Assembly: GCA_964612415.1 (NCBI GenBank) | Contig: CAZTCT010000004.1 | Coordinates: 1 to 52,733, forward strand | DNA from: an uncultured Candidatus Saccharibacteria bacterium | GTDB taxonomy: Bacteria > Patescibacteriota > Minisyncoccia > Phycocordibacterales > CAYRGE01 | DNA: 52,733 bases | Reading direction: 5' to 3' | Shown: positions 25,644 through 34,651 of the stretch, in pieces | How positions within the stretch are numbered: the first letter of the stretch is position 1 | How the letters are laid out: every line of letters starts with the position of its first letter | Made by a program: the position numbers and the translations under genes | The notes under the pieces: generated by a model | Told to the model about the DNA's origin: nothing | What the model saw: only the letters and a program-made list of their open reading frames with translations | Databases searched by the model: none

Positions 25644-25814
25644 TCAATCAAGGTCCCTTTTTCTCTTTTCTTTGAGGGACTTAATCTTTCCCTCAACAAG
25701 TGATGTCCACCCAAGAACCCCAGCAGCAGTGAGGACGGCCTCCTTCTCGCGCTTTGTGAGAGAATATTTTTCAATCAGGCGTAATAAAATTAAAGAGGCT
25801 TCTTTGTCTTTCAT
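25644..25814 (-). CDS. Small (56 aa) hypothetical protein
   Basis: Not in the ORF track. Translation: MKDKEASLILLRLIEKYSLTKREKEAVLTAAGVLGWTSLVEGKIKSLKEKRKRDLD. A GAAGGAAG SD-like element lies upstream. Confidence 0.35.
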   Translation of the reverse strand: MKDKEASLILLRLIEKYSLTKREKEAVLTAAGVLGWTSLVEGKIKSLKEKRKRDLD

Positions 25815-25886
25815 AAATGAATCTTAACTTCCTTCTGATAAAAACAAAAACCGCCCATACAGAGACGATTTCTGTGTAGGCGTGGG

Positions 25887-26114
25887 TTAACGTGCGTCCA
25901 TAGATGCGCATAAATCAGAACAATATACGGGGATTTGGTTGGGAGGGAGCGGGTTGTCACACTCATCCCTGCGACATTGTCTACCTTGGGGATGGGTCTT
26001 TGGGGTGAGCCAGCCGTGATCGTTGCACTTGCTACATCCCCAACCGCCGCAGCCATCACATTGAACAGAATCGGCGGGGAAGGACTTTACTCTTGGAATA
26101 TCTAAGGTATTCAT
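25887..26114 (-). CDS. Small Cys-rich (8 Cys) putative zinc-binding protein
   Basis: A TAGGAGG SD lies 5 nt before the ATG. It contains CDGCGGWGCSKC (DnaJ-like CxxCxGxG) and further Cys residues (CRRDEC...YCSDLC). A terminator lies downstream. Confidence 0.6.
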   Translation of the reverse strand: MNTLDIPRVKSFPADSVQCDGCGGWGCSKCNDHGWLTPKTHPQGRQCRRDECDNPLPPNQIPVYCSDLCASMDAR

Positions 26115-26162
26115 TGCGGCCTCCTATGGCATAAATCTTTCCTTGTCTTATAACAGATTTAT

Positions 26163-26993
26163 ATGTTTGTCAAAAATTCTTTTCAGAAATTAATAGTGCA
26201 TAATAGACGTATGAGAGGGTTTCTTATTGAACTCTGGTATTTCTTTCTCGCCAATCTACGAGCAAGTTACTTCGGGGTATTTCTCCTGGCGCTATTTCTT
26301 CTTACAGAAGTTGTTACGATCCCGGTCATAAGTAGATACGACTTTATTTTCCTTGCCGCAGTGGCTTATCAGGTATATGCGCTTTTGTTTCGATTTGAAA
26401 AGGCGAGAGAGTTTTTTGTCATTGTAATCTTTCATATCCTTGCGACCATTATGGAATTATTTAAGACAAATCCTGCGATCGGCTCGTGGGTGTATCCTGC
26501 GGTGGGCACGGCTATTTTTACTCTATATACTGTGCCGCTCTTTACTGGATTTCTGTATTCAGCGATTGGTAGCTATATCTCTCGCTCATTCTTCTCTCTG
26601 CGCTTGAGATATGAGAATTTCCCTTCGTACTTCCATTTATGGACTTTATCTGTATTGATCTACGTAAACTTTTTCACGCATCATTATTTCTATGACATAC
26701 GATATTTTCTCTTCGCATATGCGTGCATTATTTTCTTTAAGACCACAGCCCACTTTCGTGTGTATAAAAAGGAGAGGAGTTTGCCACTTCTTGTCACAGC
26801 ACTCCTTACCGCTTTGTTCGTCTGGATTGCGGAGAATCTAGGTACACTTACAAATATCTGGCTTTATCCAAATCAATTAGAGCAGTGGCAACTCATCTCG
26901 TTTCAGAAGGTTGGCTCGTGGTTTCTCTTGCTCATCTTAAGCTTTGCCCTGGTATCCATTATCTACCGAGATAGGCTAGAGAGGAAAAAGTAG
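26163..26993 (+). CDS. Polytopic membrane protein (DUF817-like?)
   Basis: 276-aa ORF with about 8 TM segments. The family assignment is tentative. Confidence 0.55.
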   Translation: MFVKNSFQKLIVHNRRMRGFLIELWYFFLANLRASYFGVFLLALFLLTEVVTIPVISRYDFIFLAAVAYQVYALLFRFEKAREFFVIVIFHILATIMELFKTNPAIGSWVYPAVGTAIFTLYTVPLFTGFLYSAIGSYISRSFFSLRLRYENFPSYFHLWTLSVLIYVNFFTHHYFYDIRYFLFAYACIIFFKTTAHFRVYKKERSLPLLVTALLTALFVWIAENLGTLTNIWLYPNQLEQWQLISFQKVGSWFLLLILSFALVSIIYRDRLERKK

Positions 26994-27040
26994 GGAAATG
27001 CATTGCAATTTGAGACTTTTTTGCTATCATAGCCGAATAT

Positions 27041-27116
27041 TCCGCGGTAGCTCAGTCGGTAGAGCATCCCGCTGTTAACGGGAGGGTCCTTGGTTCGAGC
27101 CCAAGCCGCGGAGCCA
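27041..27116 (+). tRNA. tRNA-Asn (anticodon GTT), CCA encoded
   Basis: I folded a manual cloverleaf. The acceptor is TCCGCGG/CCGCGGA and the D arm is GCTC-AGTCGGTA-GAGC. The anticodon arm is TCCCG-CTGTTAA-CGGGA and the T arm is CTTGG-TTCGAGC-CCAAG. The discriminator is G, followed by CCA. Confidence 0.95.
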
Positions 27117-27124
27117 GAAGAATT

Positions 27125-27147
27125 AAAGGCCCTTTTGGGCCTTTTTT
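27125..27147 (+). terminator. Intrinsic terminator after the tRNA
   Basis: AAAGGCCC-TTTT-GGGCCTTTTTTG. Confidence 0.8.
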
Positions 27148-27169
27148 GTTTTAATGATTAAATGACCAT

Positions 27170-27364
27170 ATGCGCATTACCTCAGGTTTTAAAAAGCTTA
27201 TACCTTCTATTTTGGGCGGGGCATTAGGCATCTTTTTCATTATCTATGGGGGCAACGATGACAGCCCTGGAGCTCAAATCTTAGGTCTGATTACTTTTGT
27301 TGTCTCAATGATCATCATGGTTAGGACCAGACGAAAGATTACCTGTGATATAAAAAATAACTAA
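27170..27364 (+). CDS. Small (64 aa) two-TM membrane protein
   Basis: ORF-track entry with two hydrophobic segments separated by GGNDDSPGA. Confidence 0.45.
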   Translation: MRITSGFKKLIPSILGGALGIFFIIYGGNDDSPGAQILGLITFVVSMIIMVRTRRKITCDIKNN

Positions 27365-27369
27365 CAAAA

Positions 27370-27398
27370 TTGAACAAACGCAGGCAGTTTGCTATGAT
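27370..27398 (+). promoter_or_regulatory. Sigma70-like promoter TTGAAC-17 nt-TATGAT upstream of pyk
   Basis: Direct reading: 17-nt spacer, 32 nt upstream of the pyk ATG. Confidence 0.55.
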
Positions 27399-27430
27399 GT
27401 CTCGCATATTACTCACTATTTCCGCCGCTC

Positions 27431-28864
27431 ATGAGTATCAGAAAAACAAAAATTGTTGCAACGATAGGGCCTGCTTCTGGTGAGCAGGCTGTTATGGAGC
27501 ATATGATAGCCGCCGGACTCAATGTCGCGCGTCTCAATTTTTCTCACCGTACGCACAAAGAACACGAAGAATCAATCAAAAATATTCGCGGTGCATCGGA
27601 CAAGACAAAAATTCCCGTTGCCATCATGCAAGACCTTGCCGGCCCTAAGATTCGCACAGGAGAATTGGCTGAGAATACTCTAACACTTGAAGAAGGGAAG
27701 AAGATTACACTTACTACCAAGCCATGTATTGGGACATCAAAGGCACTTTATATAAACTACAAGCAACTTCCAAAGGAAGTGAAGAAAGGAGATCGTATCT
27801 TGCTCGATGACGGCAAGAAGCGGCTTGATGTCATCTCAACGGACGGGAAGACAGAAATCGTTTGTAAAATTATTTTAGGGGGAGAGATCATGCCACGCCG
27901 CGGCGTGAATGTGCCCGATGCATCACTCTCTATGTCGTCGCTCACACCCAAAGACAAAAAGGACATTGTTTTTGGGGTGAAGCACAATGTTGACTTCATA
28001 GCGCTCTCGTTTGTGCGCAAGGCGAAAGACATTGAACATCTACGTTCTATCTTGAAAAAACATAAATCGGATATCGGCATCATTGCAAAGATTGAAACTC
28101 AAGACGCTATCAAAAATATTGATGAGATTATTGAGGCATCAGATGCCATCATGGTCGCGCGCGGAGACTTGGCTGTAGAGGCTCCACCGGAGGAGGTACC
28201 ACTTTTGCAGAAACGCATCATCAAGAAGTGCAACACGGCAGGCAAGCCTGTGATCGTTGCCACACAGATGCTTGAGTCTATGATAAGCGCGCCCGTAGCG
28301 ACACGCGCAGAAGTCAGCGATGTCGCAAACTCTATCTTAGATGGAGCGGACGCTATCATGCTCTCAGCAGAGACTGCAATCGGTGCGCACCCCGCAAAAG
28401 CGATAGAAGTAATGTCTCATGTTGCTCGCGCTACAGAGCATGGTTTTCCATACTCAAAAGTCCTTGCAGAAGCATCCGCCATGCTTCAAGAGGAGAGAAC
28501 AGTGGGGGTTTCAGATGCCATTACTCATTATGTAGTAAGTACTGCGTATGATGTGGGTGCAAAAGCTATTATTGCCCTCACCGAGTCGGGCTCTACTGCG
28601 CGTTCCATCTCTCGTTTTCGCGCCAAGCAGCCGATCGTTGCAATGAGTCCAAATCCACGCACGCTTAGGAAGCTCATTCTCTCATATGGGTGCTATCCGG
28701 TTTCTATCAAGCCGTTTACCTACGTTGGAGAAGCGCTTGATCGCATCAAAAAGGAGATCATCAAGAGCGGGTTTGTTAAGAAGGGAGACAAGATTGTGGT
28801 TGCAGCCGGTGTGCCTTTCCGTACGACGGGGGGTACTAATATGATTATTGTTCATCAAGTTTAA
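27431..28864 (+). CDS. pyk: Pyruvate kinase
   Basis: RKTKIVATIGPAS, NFSHR, MVARGDLAVE and other family motifs. 477 aa. Confidence 0.95.
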   Translation: MSIRKTKIVATIGPASGEQAVMEHMIAAGLNVARLNFSHRTHKEHEESIKNIRGASDKTKIPVAIMQDLAGPKIRTGELAENTLTLEEGKKITLTTKPCIGTSKALYINYKQLPKEVKKGDRILLDDGKKRLDVISTDGKTEIVCKIILGGEIMPRRGVNVPDASLSMSSLTPKDKKDIVFGVKHNVDFIALSFVRKAKDIEHLRSILKKHKSDIGIIAKIETQDAIKNIDEIIEASDAIMVARGDLAVEAPPEEVPLLQKRIIKKCNTAGKPVIVATQMLESMISAPVATRAEVSDVANSILDGADAIMLSAETAIGAHPAKAIEVMSHVARATEHGFPYSKVLAEASAMLQEERTVGVSDAITHYVVSTAYDVGAKAIIALTESGSTARSISRFRAKQPIVAMSPNPRTLRKLILSYGCYPVSIKPFTYVGEALDRIKKEIIKSGFVKKGDKIVVAAGVPFRTTGGTNMIIVHQV

Positions 28865-28867
28865 ATT

Positions 28868-29110
28868 ATGCAGCGTATTCGCGTCCTCGTGTTTGCTGAT
28901 GCGAAAAAACAGGCTCTCATGGAAGAGAAAGAACGGCTTGTCATTTCTGTGCGCGAGCCAGCAGAGCGCAACTTGGCAAACAAGCGTGTAGTGCTTATGG
29001 TCGCGGAGCATTTTGGAGTACCGCCAGGGAAGGTGCGCATCCTTACGGGGCACAAGTCTCCACAGAAAACACTGGAGATTTCAGATGAAATTATTTACGA
29101 CGTAGAGTGA
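28868..29110 (+). CDS. DUF167 (YggU/UPF0235) family protein
   Basis: 80-aa ORF. ...VREPAERNLANKRVVLMVAEHFGVPPGKVRILTGHKSPQK matches the YggU-like pattern. Confidence 0.65.
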   Translation: MQRIRVLVFADAKKQALMEEKERLVISVREPAERNLANKRVVLMVAEHFGVPPGKVRILTGHKSPQKTLEISDEIIYDVE

Positions 29111-29233
29111 GAGAAATGAAGGTATCATCACTTTCATTTCCGAGCCGAGGAGTAAATATAGCCTAACCCTGCGTGAATTTGTTCCGTTAGGACTATATCC
29201 ACAAGGCGTGAATTTGATATACTAAACAACGCT

Positions 29234-29605
29234 ATGAAAACAAATATAAAAGCGACCAACCTTGAACTTACACAGAATCTCTCAGATTATGTGAACAAAA
29301 AACTTTCAGGAATAGAGAAATTCATTCACGCCAAAGACCCTGAGAGCGTGCACACATATGTAGAAGTAGAGAAGACCACCTCTCATCACCAAACAGGGGA
29401 GACCCTCTATAGAGCAGAGGTAAATATCAAGACAGATATGGGCTATTTCCGGGCGGAGCACACTGGCGCAAGCCCAGAGGCAGCAATAGACGTCATGAAG
29501 GATGAGATTGTTCGTGAGCTCACCGCAAGTGTCAGCAAAGAGCGCACACTCACTCGTCGTGGGCAGGCTGCTCTCAAGAAATTATTCAAGCGATTTTACC
29601 GATAA
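29234..29605 (+). CDS. hpf: Ribosome hibernation promoting factor (HPF/RaiA family)
   Basis: The [31 protein letters not shown]-terminus is typical of HPF/YfiA. 123 aa. Confidence 0.8.
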   Translation: MKTNIKATNLELTQNLSDYVNKKLSGIEKFIHAKDPESVHTYVEVEKTTSHHQTGETLYRAEVNIKTDMGYFRAEHTGASPEAAIDVMKDEIVRELTASVSKERTLTRRGQAALKKLFKRFYR

Positions 29606-29618
29606 ATACCTCTCATTT

Positions 29619-30323
29619 ATGGAAAGCGAGACAAAAAATTTTTTCACCTCATCATTTATCACAGGAGTAATCGTACTTGTTGCAGTCATCGGGCTAGCTT
29701 GGTACTTCGTAAGCCAGAACGGTGTCCCTGCTTCTGGGAACGAAGATACGACAGACGAATATGACATTACTCCTAATACATCAACAACTACACAATCTAT
29801 GACTGAAACAAAAAAGACCGAAGATAACACAACAAGCACCAATCCTGTTGTGATACTCAAGACAAATATGGGCGACATTACCATTGAGCTTCTTGCCGAT
29901 AAGGCACCAAAGACGGTAGAGAACTTTGTGAAGCTCGCAGGAAGTGGGTTCTATGACGGCACACGGTTTCACCGCGTCATTAAAGATTTCATGATTCAAG
30001 GAGGTGATCCATTATCAAAAGATGCGTCTAAGCAGCAATTGTGGGGAACAGGTGGCCCCGGATACCAGTTCGCAGACGAGATTAACGACGTGAAGCTTGT
30101 CAGAGGTATTCTTGCAATGGCAAATGCAGGCCCCAACACAAATGGCAGCCAGTTTTTCATTGTAACTACTGCTGCAACCCCATGGCTTGATGGCAAGCAT
30201 ACTGCTTTCGGGCGAGTTACTGCCGGAATGGATGTCGTGGACAAGATTGAGGGCACTCCTACAGGAGCTGCCGACAGACCCACTTCTGATGTAATTGTCG
30301 AGAAGGTGACAATAACCCAATAG
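29619..30323 (+). CDS. Peptidyl-prolyl cis-trans isomerase, cyclophilin type, membrane-anchored
   Basis: [34 protein letters not shown]. An N-terminal TM segment is followed by a T-rich linker. I moved the start to MESETKNFF. Confidence 0.9.
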   Translation: MESETKNFFTSSFITGVIVLVAVIGLAWYFVSQNGVPASGNEDTTDEYDITPNTSTTTQSMTETKKTEDNTTSTNPVVILKTNMGDITIELLADKAPKTVENFVKLAGSGFYDGTRFHRVIKDFMIQGGDPLSKDASKQQLWGTGGPGYQFADEINDVKLVRGILAMANAGPNTNGSQFFIVTTAATPWLDGKHTAFGRVTAGMDVVDKIEGTPTGAADRPTSDVIVEKVTITQ

Positions 30324-30354
30324 GTACCCATCCCCTAGAGGGGTCCCCAAGGGC

Positions 30355-30392
30355 AAAAAAACGGCTCAACCGATCGGTTGAGCCGTTTTTTT
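30355..30392. terminator. Perfect palindromic bidirectional terminator (copy 1 of a repeated element)
   Basis: AAAAAAACGGCTCAACC-GATC-GGTTGAGCCGTTTTTTT between the convergent PPIase and fmt genes. A 35-nt identical copy lies at 39344-39378. Confidence 0.85.
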
Positions 30393-30414
30393 AACTACCT
30401 CATACATTTCAAAT

Positions 30415-31269
30415 CTATGAGTATTTCGCCAAAAAAGCCCTAAAATCAAGCTCTTTTTGGCCTTCGGGGATAACCCGGAGGATTTCCAGGCCCCCCTGGG
30501 GGGTCAGACGGGCATCTGTCACAATAACCCTTATTTTTAGGCCTTTTCCGGTATTTTGGTAGAAATGGGCACGGGGAGTTGTCGAAAAAGCCTTAATTTT
30601 AGCCATATTTTCGGTAGGGGAGCCATTTTGGAGGTCCAAAAGCCCATCATTTTTGGCAAATTTATGGGTGTAGGTGGCCTTTTCATGGTCTTGGGGGGTG
30701 GGGGTGATTTTGCCCTCTATCCAGTCTGGAAGGATATCTGCCAAAAGGGTGGCGCCCTCCCCGGCAAGGGTTTTCTCCAACTCGGCCGTCTTTGGGGGCC
30801 ATGGTGATATAGGGACTACTCTTTGCGCCACGATTGGCCCATGGTCCATTTCCTCATCCATCTGCATGATGCTCACCCCGGTCTCTTTTTCTTGCAAAAT
30901 AGCTGTTTGGATCGGCGATGGTCCGCGTAGCAGCGGCAGAAGTGATGGGTGGATATTTAAGACACCATGTTTTGGCATGGAAAGAATTTCTGGTGGAATA
31001 ATTTTTCCGTACGCAAGCACGATAAATATATCCCATTGCTCTTTTGAAAGTTCCTTCAGAAAATTTTCATCGCGCAATTTTTCTGGCTGGAGTACGGGGA
31101 CATTATTTTTTTGCGCCCATACTTTTGTTTCCGGCGGCAATACCTCCATGCCGCGGTTGCGTCGTCTGTCTAGTCCGCACACGATAAGCGATGGCACTAT
31201 TTCGCGCGCCTGAAGCGTATCAAGTGCGTGCACTGCGATATCGGGTGTTCCCCAAAATGCAATGCGCAT
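30415..31269 (-). CDS. fmt: Methionyl-tRNA formyltransferase
   Basis: MRIAFWGTPDIAV, HPSLLPLLRGPSPIQ. I moved the start to the internal MRIAFWG, just downstream of def. Confidence 0.9.
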   Translation of the reverse strand: MRIAFWGTPDIAVHALDTLQAREIVPSLIVCGLDRRRNRGMEVLPPETKVWAQKNNVPVLQPEKLRDENFLKELSKEQWDIFIVLAYGKIIPPEILSMPKHGVLNIHPSLLPLLRGPSPIQTAILQEKETGVSIMQMDEEMDHGPIVAQRVVPISPWPPKTAELEKTLAGEGATLLADILPDWIEGKITPTPQDHEKATYTHKFAKNDGLLDLQNGSPTENMAKIKAFSTTPRAHFYQNTGKGLKIRVIVTDARLTPQGGLEILRVIPEGQKELDFRAFLAKYS

Positions 31270-31273
31270 ATCT

Positions 31274-31816
31274 TTAGTGAGTTTTGCGCTGCTCATATTC
31301 TTTGATGGCTTCTGGGGGGATTTCTTCAAGATCTTCTGCGTGGTCACTAAAAAGAATTCCATCTAAGTGTTCAATCTCGTGCTGGAATATCTGTGCAAGG
31401 AGCCCGCTTGCGCCACGAGTGAAGGATTTACCATGCTCATCATAAGCCTTCACGGTCACTTTCTCTGCGCGTTCGGTATTGCCGTAGAGCCATCGCACAC
31501 TCAAACATCCTTCAGGGTTCCATACGCGCTTAGCGGATTTTTTCGTAATAGTTGGATTTATATAGACGGTATGTTCTTTTGGGTCCATTTTTTTGGCGCT
31601 ATCTTCGGCCTCAAATGCCAGAGGAGAAATGACGAAAATGCGCAGGGACTCTGCGATCTGGGGGGCGGCGATAGCGACGCCGTCGGGCTCTTTCTCAAGA
31701 GTTTTTTTCATATCGGAAATAACACTCTGGATTTTAGGTGTTTCTATGTCTGCCGGCTCTACCTTTGTAGCGATCTGGCGCAATATTGGATTATCTCTCT
31801 GGATGATTTCTCGCAT
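31274..31816 (-). CDS. def: Peptide deformylase
   Basis: GVAIAAPQI, EGCLS and HEIEHL motifs. Confidence 0.95.
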   Translation of the reverse strand: MREIIQRDNPILRQIATKVEPADIETPKIQSVISDMKKTLEKEPDGVAIAAPQIAESLRIFVISPLAFEAEDSAKKMDPKEHTVYINPTITKKSAKRVWNPEGCLSVRWLYGNTERAEKVTVKAYDEHGKSFTRGASGLLAQIFQHEIEHLDGILFSDHAEDLEEIPPEAIKEYEQRKTH

Positions 31817-31817
31817 A

Positions 31818-33734
31818 TTAAAGAAGACTGTCGGGATCTACGGCGATATCAAAAAAGGGCGGCAACCTGCGCAAAAGCCCAAGTAATTTTTCATCAATCC
31901 ATACCTCAGGCTTAAGCCGCAAGAGCATATGTTCACGATAAACCCCGTGCTTGGTCTCAATGAACGAAGGATAGCGCACCGGTTCGTACTCGGCAAGCAG
32001 TTCCTCCACCTTTTTCATCTCTTGTGCGACCGTTTCGCGCTTGCCACCGAGTGTGATTTTGATACATGTTGAAAACGGAGGATATGCGAATCTTTTGCGC
32101 GACGCAAGTTCCTCTCGGTAAAAATCTACGAGATTCCCCTGGAACACATACGAAAAGACCGGTTGGTCTGGATTGCGTGTCTGCACAAGAAATGTTTTCT
32201 GTGTTTTTGTCCGCAAAGCAAGCAGAAGATGGAACACTTTTTCATTAATCTTGTAATCTGGAATAGTGAAAAGCGAATCAATTGAGTACACCGCTGCATT
32301 TTCTATAGGCTGATCAAGATAGTGCACGAGCATCTCTGTCCCGATGAGGACTGCGCCTGGGGTTGAGGTAAATTTCTTCATAATCTCTATGGCCTTCTTA
32401 GGACTTCTCGCGGTGTCACTATCAAGACGGAAAAGTGGAACTCCGGGATGTTGTTCGGATATTTCTTTGTATGCGCGTTCAAGGCCTACACCAAGTGTCT
32501 TAAGGCGCCATCCACTGCACTCTGCACAGGTAACCTCTGAGCTCTCCTGTCTGCCGCATGAATGACACATATAATATGTTTTCTTCTGGTCTGCGGCGTG
32601 AAGCACAAGGGGTACTTTGCATACAGCACATGAAACAGGCGCTCCGCAATCGCTACATACCGTAAGAGGGGCAAGCCCACGACGTGATACGAGGATCGCA
32701 AGGCGCCCATTTGCTTCACGTGACTTTGTGATGAGCTCGTGGAGTTTGCTGCTTGTGGCGACGAACTCTCCCATACTGTCTTTGCCGTACTCGCGCATGT
32801 CAACGATTTCTTGGCGTGCGACCGCAAGCGAGCGGAACTTGAGCGGGGCGAATTCAAGAAATTCTCCTCGCTCGTGTCGGAACAGCGTTTCGGGGCGGAG
32901 GAGAATATCTCCGAAGATGAGGCGAATATTTTGCTCCCTTGCGATGTACTCTGCCATGATACGTGCGTCTACGCGCGGGCGCGCGATATTTTTGTAACTT
33001 GATGCGTGCTCGCGGTCCACGATGAGAGTTTTTATATCTTCGCGTGGAAGTGAGAGGAATGACGCCGTTGCCACAATAAGCACGGGGTGCTCATTGGAGA
33101 GGGCCTCGCTCCATGCGGTGGTGAGCGCTTTTTTTGAAAGTCCGCTATGCAACACATAGGTGTACTCTTTGATCCCGCGTTCAAGAGAGCCTGCAACACG
33201 TTCAATATCTTGTGTGGTGGGAAGGCAGAAAAAGACCGATGCGTGCTGGGCGAATTGTTCGCGGATGAGACTCTTGTATGCAGACATTCGTTCTGCGTCG
33301 TCTGCCTGGAATACATACGCCTCGCTTGAAAGTCCTTCTTTTATACGTCGGCGGCTGACGTGTCCTGATGCGGTGTACTGCTCTCCGCGTGATGTGGTTG
33401 ATTCTGCAAGGATTGTTTTTGGGGTGAATGCTTGGATGACCTCACCTGTGGTTGTGGCAAAGTGCCGCGCAGCTTTCCTCGCTGCGCGGACAAAAGAAGG
33501 AAGAAACAAAAAGACATCGGTTGTCTCCTCAATTTTCTTCATTTGGTATGGCAATGACCGCAGATATGCCTTTGCACTTACGGCTTCTTCTGAACCCACT
33601 ACCAGTGCGGGCGCTCGCTTGCCGCGCAGGGGTGCGGCAACGAGCGTACCAGGCTCAATCTTCTTTGAACTGAAATAAGATAACTCTTCTTTAAATACTC
33701 CTCGTGCAAGAGGAACGACATGTATCAGACGCAT
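31818..33734 (-). CDS. priA: PriA-like primosomal protein N' homolog with degenerate helicase ATPase motifs
   Basis: It has a PriA-like N-terminus (VVPLARGVFKEELSYFS). The Cys-rich insert is CSDCGAPVSCAVCKVPL...MCHSCGR...CAECSG, and there is a PriA-like C-terminal region. I found no GxGK(T/S), and LIVDREHASSYK replaces DEEHDxSYKQ. Confidence 0.7.
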   Translation of the reverse strand: MRLIHVVPLARGVFKEELSYFSSKKIEPGTLVAAPLRGKRAPALVVGSEEAVSAKAYLRSLPYQMKKIEETTDVFLFLPSFVRAARKAARHFATTTGEVIQAFTPKTILAESTTSRGEQYTASGHVSRRRIKEGLSSEAYVFQADDAERMSAYKSLIREQFAQHASVFFCLPTTQDIERVAGSLERGIKEYTYVLHSGLSKKALTTAWSEALSNEHPVLIVATASFLSLPREDIKTLIVDREHASSYKNIARPRVDARIMAEYIAREQNIRLIFGDILLRPETLFRHERGEFLEFAPLKFRSLAVARQEIVDMREYGKDSMGEFVATSSKLHELITKSREANGRLAILVSRRGLAPLTVCSDCGAPVSCAVCKVPLVLHAADQKKTYYMCHSCGRQESSEVTCAECSGWRLKTLGVGLERAYKEISEQHPGVPLFRLDSDTARSPKKAIEIMKKFTSTPGAVLIGTEMLVHYLDQPIENAAVYSIDSLFTIPDYKINEKVFHLLLALRTKTQKTFLVQTRNPDQPVFSYVFQGNLVDFYREELASRKRFAYPPFSTCIKITLGGKRETVAQEMKKVEELLAEYEPVRYPSFIETKHGVYREHMLLRLKPEVWIDEKLLGLLRRLPPFFDIAVDPDSLL

Positions 33735-33763
33735 ATGCTCAATACGAAAAACAAGAGGCAGCT

Positions 33764-34579
33764 CTATGGGAGCGCGGCGTACACGATCTTTGTCCCATCT
33801 TTGACGTATATGACCCCATCCTTTGTGGTGACAAAGGGATTGAGCCCGCGATAGACGGGGAAGAAGTTTTGTACGGAGCGTTTATCGAGCTCTATTGCAT
33901 ATATTCCGTCTGCAATAGAAAAGACGACCGCGTCCTCTCGCCCTGGGAAGAATACCACATCCTTGATCTTATATGCCGGACCCTGCTTTTCTGTCGTGAA
34001 GACGGTCATGGGGGTCGCGCACTCACTCTGGTCGCAGAAGAACGACGGCAGATCGTCTTCATCACCGAGCCACTGTTCAATGAGAGATTGTCCTTCAATG
34101 TCCACGCGGATCTTCGCATCCTTTGAAAAGGTGTTGATGTTTCTCGTGGCGAACAATTCGTTCGCTTCTTTATAAGTAAGGAGGGTTGAATCAGACGACT
34201 TTGTAGTCGGAACATTTTTCCACTCAACTTCACTTGGAACAAGTAGTACGTCTGCTGAGGCACTCCCACGAGAAGGAATGTACAATGTCTTACTCCACGG
34301 CAGTGTGCTGGGATTGTACACGAGGACAGAGCGCACTCCGGAGCGGACGCTCAACGTGACGACTTCGTCAGCTGACCTTGTCATATACTCAAACCCTTGG
34401 TCGACGAAGATGGAGGTATTTGCTTGCGGTACTGTGAGGACGATGCTCCCAGTCCTACCGAGGGTGCTCATAAGCACGACCACGACAATACCAACGAACG
34501 CAACAACAACGCCGGCAACAGCATATACATACCGCTTTCTGTCCATTCCGATCATGGGTGATTCCCCATAATATGCCAT
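33764..34579 (-). CDS. Membrane-anchored hypothetical protein (PEGA-like N-terminal beta domain?)
   Basis: 271-aa ORF with one TM segment (YAVAGVVVAFVGIVVVVLM), followed by extracytoplasmic beta-rich sequence. Confidence 0.55.
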   Translation of the reverse strand: MAYYGESPMIGMDRKRYVYAVAGVVVAFVGIVVVVLMSTLGRTGSIVLTVPQANTSIFVDQGFEYMTRSADEVVTLSVRSGVRSVLVYNPSTLPWSKTLYIPSRGSASADVLLVPSEVEWKNVPTTKSSDSTLLTYKEANELFATRNINTFSKDAKIRVDIEGQSLIEQWLGDEDDLPSFFCDQSECATPMTVFTTEKQGPAYKIKDVVFFPGREDAVVFSIADGIYAIELDKRSVQNFFPVYRGLNPFVTTKDGVIYVKDGTKIVYAALP

Positions 34580-34651
34580 AAAATAGGGGATTTCGGAAGT
34601 TCGCGGCCGAGTCGCTTATTTGAAAAAAAAGAGAAAAAACCGTACTATAGT

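Noticed and set aside
25436-25774. Long 112-aa version of the small membrane protein
   Set aside because: The N-terminal extension has no hydrophobic or conserved character and overlaps the separate 56-aa ORF (25644..25814) in another frame. I preferred the internal start MKIKVEQ.
27041-27430. tRNA-Asn as a possible integration site for a genomic island
   Set aside because: There is no integrase or recombinase, and I saw no direct repeat of the tRNA 3' end downstream. The flanking genes are a small membrane protein and pyk.
29113-29141. Imperfect inverted repeat GAAATGAAGGT...ACTTTCATTTC after the DUF167 gene, as a possible regulatory RNA
   Set aside because: It is a short single hairpin with one mismatch and no U-tract or conserved-looking flanks. 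It is most simply a weak terminator or RNA-stability hairpin.
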